Numbered from the stretch's first letter, positions 17,114 through 26,119 are shown. The stretch: 32,000 nucleotides of DNA from Delftia acidovorans NBRC 14950 (GCF_001598795.1 NZ_BCZP01000004.1:60001-92000), one strand, 5' to 3'. Notes: generated by a model from the sequence alone, not told the origin. Numbers and translations are program-made.

Positions 17114-17520
17114 GCCGTATGAGTGCACCGCCCCCCGACCGCAATGCATTCATGCGGCTGATCGGCGCCTCGCAGGTGCCCGCGCCGCCCGGCAAGGTCC
17201 ATGTGCGCCTGCCCCACATGCGCGAGGAACTGCTCAACCAGCTGCCCGCCGCGCACGGCGGCGTGCTCATGACGCTGCTGGACTCCGTGATGTCGCGCGC
17301 CGCGGGCGAGCTGCCCGGTGGGCCATCGCAGACCGCCGTGACGGTGGAGATGAGCAGCCGCTTCCACCGTCCGGGCAAGGGCGCGCTGCTGGCCGAAGGC
17401 TGGGTGGTGCACGCCAGCCGCAGCCTGTGCAGCTGCGCGGCGCAGTTGCTCGATGAAGACGGAAAGCTGGTGGCCACGGCCACCGGCACCTTCAAGTACT
17501 GGCTGGCACCGACGGTATGA
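17110..17520 (+). CDS. PaaI/YdiI-type hotdog-fold thioesterase
   Basis: 136 aa, with the AAHGGVLMTLLDSVMSRAAG motif. It overlaps the ACAD stop by ATGA. Confidence 0.82.
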   Translation: MSRMSAPPPDRNAFMRLIGASQVPAPPGKVHVRLPHMREELLNQLPAAHGGVLMTLLDSVMSRAAGELPGGPSQTAVTVEMSSRFHRPGKGALLAEGWVVHASRSLCSCAAQLLDEDGKLVATATGTFKYWLAPTV

Positions 17521-17521
17521 A

Positions 17522-17660
17522 CACCCCCTGAGCGGCTACGCCGCTTCCCCCTCTCTCGCTTCGCGGGAGGGGGACGACGCCCTCGCTGCGGGGCGGCCCT
17601 TGCTCGGCGTCTCGCGCTTGGAACACGCCAGTTGCGTAGGCCGTGCGCAAGCACTGAATA
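17522..17660 (+). repeat. Intergenic palindromic repeat element (REP-like), copy B, between convergent genes
   Basis: It starts 1 nt after the thioesterase stop. It reads CACCCCCTGAGCGG...TCCCCCT(17546-52)/AGGGGGA(17568-74)...GACGACGCCCTCGCTGCGGGGCGGC CCCTTGCTCGGCGTCTC. There is a further TTGCG-N9-CGCAA hairpin. Module order matches 4007-4110. Confidence 0.65.
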
Positions 17661-17672
17661 GTTGAGTCCAAG

Positions 17673-18587
17673 CTACTCCAGCGTGAGCCGGCCCTGTGCG
17701 TCGGCCACCAGCAGCTCCACCAGCTCCTGGGCGAAGGACGGCAGGGCCTCCAGGCTGCGCACGCAGATCTGCATCTCGCGCACCGACCAGGCATCGGACA
17801 GCGGCACGATGGCGATGTCCATGGAATGCGCATGGCGGCTGGCGGCCGACTCGGGCAGCACGCCCACGCCCACGCCGGACTCGATCATGCGGCAGGCTGT
17901 CTCGAAGTTGCCCACCTGGATGCGCTGCTTGATGGGCCGGTGCAGCTGGTCGCTGGCCTGGCGCAGGAAGGCGTGGATGGCACTGGATTCGTGCAGGCCC
18001 ACATGGTCCAGGTCCAGCGTGTCGGCAAAGGCCATCTGCATCTCGCCATCGAGCGCATGGCCGCGCGGCACGACCAGCACCAGGCGGTCGCGGCGGTAGG
18101 GCAGGGTCTCCAGGTTCTCGGTGCGCACCAGGCCGGCGACGATGCCGATGTCGGTCTGCCCCTCGGTCACGGCACGCACGATGTCGTGCGACAGGCGCTC
18201 GCGCAGGTCGATGTTCACGTCGGGATTGCGGCGCAGGTAGTGGCGCAGCACGGGCGGCAGGAACTCGCCCAGAGAGGTGGTGTTGGCAAACACCCGCACA
18301 TGGCCCTTGATGCCGCGCACGTACTCCTGCATGTCGCCGCGCAGATGCTCGATCTGGCCCAGCACCATGCGCGCATGGGTGACGAAGGCCTGGCCCGGCG
18401 GCGTCAGCGTCACGCCCTGGCTGGTGCGGTACAGCAGCTTGGTGCCGATGCTCTCTTCCAGGTTCTTGATGCGGGTGCTGGCCGCCGGCAGGGAGATGAA
18501 GGAAAGTTCCGCGCCACGCGTCATGCTGTTGGCGTCGGCGATGTGCACCATAAGGCGCAGATCCACAAGATCGAAATGCATGGCCAT
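17673..18587 (-). CDS. LysR-family transcriptional regulator
   Basis: MAMHFDLVDLRLMVHIADANSMTRGAELSFISLPAASTRIKNLEESIGTKLLYRTSQGVTLTPPG is a LysR wHTH. The gene is divergent from the CoA-transferase at 18750. Confidence 0.9.
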   Translation of the reverse strand: MAMHFDLVDLRLMVHIADANSMTRGAELSFISLPAASTRIKNLEESIGTKLLYRTSQGVTLTPPGQAFVTHARMVLGQIEHLRGDMQEYVRGIKGHVRVFANTTSLGEFLPPVLRHYLRRNPDVNIDLRERLSHDIVRAVTEGQTDIGIVAGLVRTENLETLPYRRDRLVLVVPRGHALDGEMQMAFADTLDLDHVGLHESSAIHAFLRQASDQLHRPIKQRIQVGNFETACRMIESGVGVGVLPESAASRHAHSMDIAIVPLSDAWSVREMQICVRSLEALPSFAQELVELLVADAQGRLTLE

Positions 18588-18674
18588 CCGGCATTGTAGA
18601 AAGCCGCAGGCTCCGGCACTGAGCCGCGCGCGTCAGTACAAACCGCAGTGCCGGCCCGTGCGCGAACGCGCGCT

Positions 18675-18688
18675 TTCACAAATGCGAA
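18675..18688. promoter_or_regulatory. Candidate LysR-type T-N11-A box (TTC-N8-GAA) in the divergent promoter
   Basis: TTCACAAATGCGAA lies about 62-75 nt upstream of the CoA-transferase ATG and about 90 nt from the LysR ATG. This is pattern recognition only. Confidence 0.25.
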
Positions 18689-18749
18689 GCCGCAGCAGGC
18701 CCGCGCGCCGTAGCATGGGCCCATCTGCCCGGGATAGCCGCCTCAGCCC

Positions 18750-20051
18750 ATGAACCACACAGAAACCCCCTCCCCCAGCCCCATCCACAACACGGCCACC
18801 CAGACCGCAGGAGCGCTGGGCCATCTGCGCGTGCTCGACCTCTCGCGCGTGCTGGCCGGCCCCTGGTGCACCCAGAACCTGGCCGACATGGGGGCCGACG
18901 TGATCAAGATCGAAAAGCCCGGCGAGGGCGACGACACGCGCCACTGGGGCCCGCCCTTCTTTCCCGATGCGCAAGGCAATCCCTCGGACAACGCCGTGTA
19001 CTTCGCGGCCTGCAACCGCAACAAGCGATCGGTCACCGTGGACATGGCCACGGCCGAGGGCCAGCAGCTGATCCGCGAGCTGGCCATGCAAAGCGATGTG
19101 TTGGTGGAGAACTTCAAGACCGGAGGCCTCAAGCGCTACAGCCTGGACTACGCCTCGCTGAGCGCGCTGAACCCGCGCCTGATCTACTGCTCGGTCACGG
19201 GCTTCGGCCAGACCGGGCCCTATGCGCCGCGCGCCGGCTACGACCTGCTGGTGCAGGCCATGAGCGGCCTCATGAGCATCACGGGCCGCGCCGACAGCGA
19301 GCCCGGCGGCGGCCCGCTGCGCGTGGGCGTGGCCGTGATCGACCTGTTCACCGGCATGTATGCGACCACGGCCATCCTGGGCGCCGTGGAGGCGCGCCAC
19401 CACACGGGCCGGGGCCAGCACATCGACATGGCCTTGCTGGACGTGGCCATGGCCGTGCTGGCCAACCAGGGCGCGGGCTTCCTGAACACCGGCCATGTGC
19501 CGGGCCGCCAGGGCAACACCCACCCCAGCGTCGTGCCCTACCAGGACTTCCCCACGGCCGACGGCCGCATGCTGCTGGCCATAGGCAACGACGGCCAGTT
19601 CGCGCGCTTTTGCGGGGCGGCCGGCGTGGACTGGGCGCGCGACGAGCGCTTTGCCACCAATGCCGGCCGCGTCATCCACCGCGACGCGCTGATCCCGCTG
19701 ATGGCCGAACTCACGCGCGGCCGGCCCACGGCCGAGTGGATCGCGCTGCTGGAGGACAAGGCCGTGCCCTGCGGCCCCATCAACCACATCGGCCAGGCCT
19801 TCGACGATGCGCAGGTGCGCGCGCGCGGCCTGCGCGTGGAGCAGGAGCGCTATCCGGGCGCCACGCCGCCTGCGGGCGAGACCATCAACCGCGTGGTGAC
19901 CACGGCCAGCCCGCTGCGCCTGTCGGACACGCCCACCACGCTGCGCTATGCGCCGCCCGCCCTGGGCCAGCACACGGACGAGGTGCTGCGCGAGCGCCTG
20001 GGCCTGGATGCGCAGCAGCTGCAGGCGCTGCGCGGCAAGGGCGTGGTCTGA
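18750..20051 (+). CDS. Family III CoA-transferase (CaiB/BaiF type, SUGCT-like)
   Basis: LRVLDLSRVLAGPWCTQNLADMGADVIKIEKPGEGDDTRHWGPPF...NTHPSVVPYQDFPTADG. Confidence 0.9.
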   Translation: MNHTETPSPSPIHNTATQTAGALGHLRVLDLSRVLAGPWCTQNLADMGADVIKIEKPGEGDDTRHWGPPFFPDAQGNPSDNAVYFAACNRNKRSVTVDMATAEGQQLIRELAMQSDVLVENFKTGGLKRYSLDYASLSALNPRLIYCSVTGFGQTGPYAPRAGYDLLVQAMSGLMSITGRADSEPGGGPLRVGVAVIDLFTGMYATTAILGAVEARHHTGRGQHIDMALLDVAMAVLANQGAGFLNTGHVPGRQGNTHPSVVPYQDFPTADGRMLLAIGNDGQFARFCGAAGVDWARDERFATNAGRVIHRDALIPLMAELTRGRPTAEWIALLEDKAVPCGPINHIGQAFDDAQVRARGLRVEQERYPGATPPAGETINRVVTTASPLRLSDTPTTLRYAPPALGQHTDEVLRERLGLDAQQLQALRGKGVV

Positions 20052-20111
20052 GCGACTGGCGACAGACGCCGGTCGCCTTGATGCGCTGAAGTTTCCGATG
20101 CCTTGAAACCG

Positions 20112-20133
20112 GCCATCCGCAGACGTGGATGGC
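20112..20133 (+). terminator. Stem-loop downstream of the CoA-transferase. It may be a terminator or RNA-stability element but has no U-tract.
   Basis: GCCATCCGC-AGAC-GTGGATGGC: a 9-bp stem including one G.U pair, with a tetraloop. It lies 60 nt after the stop. A weaker GGCGAC-N8-GTCGCC hairpin is at 20058-20077. Confidence 0.35.
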
Positions 20134-20645
20134 TTGGCTGCGGGCCTGCAAACGGCTTTTAGGACACGTCCTATCCAAAATCAGATGGTGGGCATCCTCA
20201 TCCTCAGACGGTGCGGAAATAATCCCCACCACAGATGCAGATAGCCACTTTTTCCCTGTCCGAAGTCCCTAGGACAACTACCCGCAATGCCCGCCCCCAG
20301 CGCGCGGCAGCCGCCGCCGAACGCCTGGCTGCAGCGGGTATCCGCTTGCCAAACGGTGCAGGCGGATGGTTCGCAATCCTCTGCATCTTCCCTGCCGCTG
20401 CGGCATGCCCGGGAAGCGCCCGCCGTAGCGCAGGCGCACGGACAGGGCCTGCGCCATGAGGCCCCGCATCAAGGGCCGCATCTGCCGGACCTCGGGCTGG
20501 TTCCCACCCTGAGCGGGCCCTGCGGCCCTCGTTTTCTCTTTCGCTGATACCCGTTCCACCTTGCTCTGCACGGCAGGCAAGGTGCGCCCTGCTGCACGCC
20601 TTTTTCCCCCTTGCCGTTCAAGGGACACGCCTACAGGACTTCGCC

Positions 20646-22298
20646 ATGCAAGCCTTTCGCAATCTCAAGATCTCCTCCAAGCTGCTGCTGGCCTTCGTGG
20701 CCGTCCTGGCGCTGACCACCTTCGTGGGCCTCTATGCCGTGCTGCAGCTCAGCCGGATCAACCAGGCGTCCATCGATATCGCCACGCGCTGGATGCCTTC
20801 ATCACGCATGTTGCTCGACATCCGCGCCACCACGGCCCGCTACCGCGTCAACGAGCTGCAGTACCTGATCTCCACCAGCGAGCAGGACATCGGTGCCTTC
20901 GACAGGATCATGGGCGAGCTGTGGAAGAAGACCCAGACCAACTACGACAACTACGCCAGCTTCATCAGCTCCGCGCCGGAGAAGGCCGCCTACGACGAAC
21001 TGGGCCGGCTGCGCAACGAGTACGCCAAGGAGCACGCCATGGTCATGGCCCTGGCGCGCAATGGCCGCAAGGACGAAGCCCTGGTGCTGGCCCAGGGCGA
21101 ATCGCTGGAGCTGAGCCGACGCCTGTATGACCAGATCGACCGCATGGTGCAGATCGACCACGAAGGCGGACAGCAGGCCAACGACCATGCCAATGCCCTC
21201 TACCGCAGCGCACGCATCTGGGTGGTCGGCCTGCTGGGAGCCAGCATTTTGCTGGGGCTGGCCCTGGCGCTCACGCTGGCGCGCATCGTGGCGCGTCCGC
21301 TGAACGAGGCCCTGGGCGTGGCCCAGGCCGTGGCCGAAGGCGACCTGACGCGCCGCATCCAGGCCACCACCACCGACGAAACAGGCCAGCTGCTGCACGC
21401 ACTGCACCGCATGGACCAGAGCCTCATCCACATCGTCCGGCAGGTGCGCAGTGGCACGGACTCGATCGCCACGGCCTCCAGCCAGATCGCCTCGGGCAAC
21501 AACGATCTTTCGGTGCGCACCGAGCACCAGGCCAGCTCGCTGGAAGAAACCGCTGCCTCCATGGAGCAGCTCACCGTCACGGTGCGTCAGAACACCGACA
21601 ACGCGCGCCAGGCCAACCAGCTGGCGGCCTCGGCCTCGGCCGTCGCCCAGCAAGGCGGCGAGGTGGTCTCCCAGGTGGTGGACACCATGGGCGCCATCCA
21701 TGCCTCCTCGCGCAAGATCGCCGACATCATCGGCGTGATCGACGCCATCGCCTTTCAGACCAACATCCTCGCGCTCAACGCGGCCGTGGAAGCCGCGCGT
21801 GCCGGCGAGCAGGGCCGGGGCTTTGCCGTCGTTGCAGCCGAAGTGCGCGCCCTGGCGCGGCGCTGCGCCGATGCGGCCAAGGAGATCAAGCTACTCATCG
21901 AGGACTCCAACGGCAAGGTCAGCACCGGATCGGCCCTGGTGGCGCAGGCCGGCCAGACCATGCAGAACATCGTCACCAGCGTGCGCAACGTGACCGACAT
22001 CATGGGAGAGATCACGGCCGCCAGCGTCGAGCAGACGGCGGGCCTGGAGCAGATCAACCAGGCCATCTCGCAGATGGACCAGGTCACCCAGCAAAACGCC
22101 GCCCTGGTCGAGGAAGCCGCCGCCGCCGCCCAGTCCCTGCAGGAGCAGGCCTATGGCCTGCAGCAGGCCGTGAGCGTCTTCAAGCTGGAGCAAGGCCTGG
22201 AACTCACCGCCCTGCCCGCCACCCCTCAGCCCATGCCGGCTCCAGGCCTGGCCAGGATCACCAGCGCTGCCCAGTCAGGCCGCTGGGAAGCGCATTGA
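20646..22298 (+). CDS. Methyl-accepting chemotaxis protein (4HB_MCP sensor, HAMP, MA domain)
   Basis: N-terminal TM segment, about 160-aa helical periplasmic domain, second TM segment ([25 protein letters not shown]), HAMP, and the highly conserved signalling hairpin [37 protein letters not shown]. Confidence 0.93.
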   Translation: MQAFRNLKISSKLLLAFVAVLALTTFVGLYAVLQLSRINQASIDIATRWMPSSRMLLDIRATTARYRVNELQYLISTSEQDIGAFDRIMGELWKKTQTNYDNYASFISSAPEKAAYDELGRLRNEYAKEHAMVMALARNGRKDEALVLAQGESLELSRRLYDQIDRMVQIDHEGGQQANDHANALYRSARIWVVGLLGASILLGLALALTLARIVARPLNEALGVAQAVAEGDLTRRIQATTTDETGQLLHALHRMDQSLIHIVRQVRSGTDSIATASSQIASGNNDLSVRTEHQASSLEETAASMEQLTVTVRQNTDNARQANQLAASASAVAQQGGEVVSQVVDTMGAIHASSRKIADIIGVIDAIAFQTNILALNAAVEAARAGEQGRGFAVVAAEVRALARRCADAAKEIKLLIEDSNGKVSTGSALVAQAGQTMQNIVTSVRNVTDIMGEITAASVEQTAGLEQINQAISQMDQVTQQNAALVEEAAAAAQSLQEQAYGLQQAVSVFKLEQGLELTALPATPQPMPAPGLARITSAAQSGRWEAH

Positions 22299-23297
22299 TC
22301 AGAAGGAATGGGCCATGCCCACGCCGAAGGCGGTGCGCGAGCTCTGGTTCTCGTAGCGCTGGTGTCCCAGGCTGGTGTAGAGCATGGTGCGCTTGGACAG
22401 CGCGTACTCGGCGCCCAGCGACAGCATGTTGTTGGTATCGCGGTCCAGGCGCTGGCGTGCATAGCTGGCCTTGAGCGTGGTCGCCCCGATGCCGTAGGTG
22501 GCGCCCAGCGAGACCATGCGCGACTTGTCGGGCCCCGTGCCGGGCGTGCCCGACTTGCTGCGGTCATAGGCCAGCATCACCGCTGCCGTGCCGATGCGGT
22601 ACTTGCCACCCATGTACAGGTCGGTGTCGCCGCTGCCGTTGCGCTCGTGCGCCAGCATGGCCGCCACCGCGCCCTGGTCGTAGTTGACCGACACCGAGCG
22701 CGCACGGCCCTGGCGGCCCGGCGCCTCGGTACGCTCGGGCGAGGCGCTCAGGTGCAGCGAAAAGCCGCCGAACTTGGGCGAGTCGTAGAACACGCCGTTG
22801 GACATGCGGCCGTACTCGGGCGAGCCGTTGTTGCTGGCGCGGTCGGTCGGCGTCAGGTAGTGGGCCATGTGCCAGGCCGGCGAGGCGATGCGGTTGAAGT
22901 TGCCCCAGGGATCGAACTGCCACTCCTGGCTCCACATGGCGCTGAGCGCGCGGCCCAGGCGCAGATGGCCCCAGCTGCCCTGCAGGCCCACGGTGGACTC
23001 GTCATGCCAGAAGGGCTTCTTCGGATAGTCCTCGGTCAGGCCCGTGTCCAGGTCGAAGCGCGTGCTCAGCCGGAAGGTGGCCTTCAGGCCACCGCCCAGG
23101 TCCTCGAAACCGGCAATCGCCAGGTTGCTGCGCTGAATCGTGCCCAGCTTGCTGGTCTTGTCGAAATCCCGGAACACGCCAGCGTCGAGATAACCGCTGA
23201 TGGTGACGTTGGAGCCTGTGGCAGATGACTGGGCAGCCACCGGCAGGGCAGCCGCAACGGCGAGAGAAGCAAGGGTCAAGCGGGAGGTACAACGCAT
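22299..23297 (-). CDS. Gram-negative general porin (OmpC/Porin_4 type)
   Basis: Signal peptide MRCTSRLTLASLAVAAALPVAAQS, alternating beta-strand pattern, and a C-terminal ...AFGVGMAHSF ending in Phe. The upstream 87 codons of track ORF 22299..23558 were discarded. Confidence 0.85.
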   Translation of the reverse strand: MRCTSRLTLASLAVAAALPVAAQSSATGSNVTISGYLDAGVFRDFDKTSKLGTIQRSNLAIAGFEDLGGGLKATFRLSTRFDLDTGLTEDYPKKPFWHDESTVGLQGSWGHLRLGRALSAMWSQEWQFDPWGNFNRIASPAWHMAHYLTPTDRASNNGSPEYGRMSNGVFYDSPKFGGFSLHLSASPERTEAPGRQGRARSVSVNYDQGAVAAMLAHERNGSGDTDLYMGGKYRIGTAAVMLAYDRSKSGTPGTGPDKSRMVSLGATYGIGATTLKASYARQRLDRDTNNMLSLGAEYALSKRTMLYTSLGHQRYENQSSRTAFGVGMAHSF

Positions 23298-23616
23298 CCT
23301 GAACGGGTTCCTGGAAATGAAAGATGGCACAACACCGGCGCGGCCCGGGGGCATGCGCAAACGGCGACGGGGGTTGCCACGACAGAGGTGGCTGGAAGGT
23401 GCGCGGCGGGCTGGTGGCTTGCAGCGACTTGGAGGCAGCCAGGATGCAGATCGCAGCATGATCGCTGCACATTCATTGCACATCCCGGCCAAAGACGTCA
23501 TCCGCGCAGATGGCGAACGACAGCCGGCATTATGAAAGCTGGGGCCGGCGATGACCACGCCACCGTCAGGCCCGGTCAGTTTCGTAGCGTGGCGGCCCCG
23601 GGCCGGGGCCAGGTCG

Positions 23617-25032
23617 TCAGCGGCTGCGCTCGGTGCGCGACACGTCCCAGAGACGGTTCATCTCGCTGCAAAAAGGCTGGGCGCAGGGCGCGCGGCCCTC
23701 GTACTGGCAGCCTTCGGTGGTGCAGAAATGCGACTGGTGCTCGAAGGCGCGGCGCTCGCGCGGCAAGGCGCCCGAGGCCTGGGCCGCCGCCATGTGCAGC
23801 CAGGGATCGTTGCGCTGCTGCAGCATCTGCTGCACCTCCTGCGCAAGCGCAGGCGAAAGCGAAGCCACCGAGGCCAGGCCGGCCGGCGACGCCATGGCGC
23901 CGCCCGGCTGGCGCAGCGGCTGCAGCTCCAGCAGCAGCAGGGCGCTGGTGCGCAGCGCATCGGCGCCACGCGGCTGCACCACCACGGCCACCGGCCCCGA
24001 GGCCAGGGACTGCAGCGAGGCATCCAGCGGCAGGCGCAGGCCCGGCTCCGCGGCCTGCGCGCCCGCCAAGGGCAGCGCAGCGCCCGCAGGCAGTGCCGCC
24101 GCCGCCGTGAAAGGGGCCGCACCCGGCGCGGAAGCCGATGCGGCCGCCAGCGCCATGGCCGCGCCCTGCGCCTGGGCCCAGGCCTGGGGCACCTGCAGAC
24201 TCAGCGTGAAGCCGCGCTCGCCCTGGGGCGTCAGCAGCGTGCCCTGCTGCACCCACCAGCTTTGCAGCGCGGGCAGGGTCTGGGTGGCGCCGCCTGCAAC
24301 ACCTCCAGGCGCGCTGGCACCGGCCTGCGGCGCCAGCCCCGATCCGGCCAGCAGCGCATCCACCACCTTGGCCTTGGCGGCTGCCACGGCCAGCGTCACT
24401 GCGGCAGCAGAGGGCTGCAGGGAGGCTGCGGCCTGCAATGCAGGCGAGGAAGACGCCGCCTGCGGCGCGGCGGCGGCCTGAGCAGAGGCCGATGTCCCCG
24501 TCTGCGGACTCTGGGATGACTGAGCTTGCCCTCCGGCCGCCGCTGCACCTGCCGCTGTACCAGCTGTCGTGCCGGCGGCCAGCGCTTGCAGCAAGGCCGC
24601 CGAACCCGGCTGGGCTGCCAGCAGTTGCAGGGCCTGGCCCTGCTGGGTACCTACTTGGGCCAGCAAGGCCTCCAGCAGCCGGCCCAGCGCCTCGGACACG
24701 CCGCTGGCCGGCCACTGCGGCGCGGGCGCGCCGGGGCTGGACTGGACCTGGCGCGCCAGCTGGGCCACCAATTGCTCGAAGGCCTGCAGGCGCAGGCTTT
24801 GCAGCATCTCGGGCGACCAGCGCACGGCCGTGGCCGCTGGCGGCGTGACGGGAACGGAGGGTGAGGCGGACGATGCGGGTGAAGCGGGCGAAGCGGGTGA
24901 GGCCGGCGCCACCGCAGCGGACGGAGCCTGTGGCGCCACCGGCGCGCCAGCGGCCGGGCCGGAGACAGGCGCCGCCACTGGCAGCGGCAGCCCTGCGGCA
25001 GGGGACGGGACGGGCGGCAGCGGCGAACTCAT
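23617..25032 (-). CDS. Hypothetical Ala/Pro/Gln-rich low-complexity protein (471 aa) with a C-terminal four-Cys motif
   Basis: The start MSSPLPPVPSP lies 22 nt after the stop of the metH-type gene, with GGAG in the gap. G/C-rich third positions hold in this frame. The C-terminus is ...DPWLHMAAAQ...HFCTTEGCQYEGRAPCAQPFCSEMNRLW. I recognise no family. Confidence 0.6.
   Translation of the reverse strand: MSSPLPPVPSPAAGLPLPVAAPVSGPAAGAPVAPQAPSAAVAPASPASPASPASSASPSVPVTPPAATAVRWSPEMLQSLRLQAFEQLVAQLARQVQSSPGAPAPQWPASGVSEALGRLLEALLAQVGTQQGQALQLLAAQPGSAALLQALAAGTTAGTAAGAAAAGGQAQSSQSPQTGTSASAQAAAAPQAASSSPALQAAASLQPSAAAVTLAVAAAKAKVVDALLAGSGLAPQAGASAPGGVAGGATQTLPALQSWWVQQGTLLTPQGERGFTLSLQVPQAWAQAQGAAMALAAASASAPGAAPFTAAAALPAGAALPLAGAQAAEPGLRLPLDASLQSLASGPVAVVVQPRGADALRTSALLLLELQPLRQPGGAMASPAGLASVASLSPALAQEVQQMLQQRNDPWLHMAAAQASGALPRERRAFEHQSHFCTTEGCQYEGRAPCAQPFCSEMNRLWDVSRTERSR
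24859..24903. repeat. 9-bp tandem repeat, 5 units, inside the low-complexity ORF
   Basis: Units are gggtgaggc ggacgatgc gggtgaagc gggcgaagc gggtgaggc. On the coding (minus) strand they give PASPASPASPASSASP. Confidence 0.7.
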
Positions 25033-25054
25033 GTCAGAGGCTCCGCCCGGGCCA

Positions 25055-26119
<1,065 letters not shown>

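Noticed and set aside
14482-17149. 631-aa and 473-aa minus-strand ORFs (14482..16377 and 15728..17149)
   Set aside because: They are antisense to the thiolase and acyl-CoA dehydrogenase genes, which have clear family motifs. Their composition is typical off-frame sequence.
20543-20550. Sigma-28-like -10 element (GCTGATAC versus GCCGATAA) upstream of the MCP
   Set aside because: No TAAA-type -35 element lies at the required ~15-nt spacing. A 6/8 match alone is weak.
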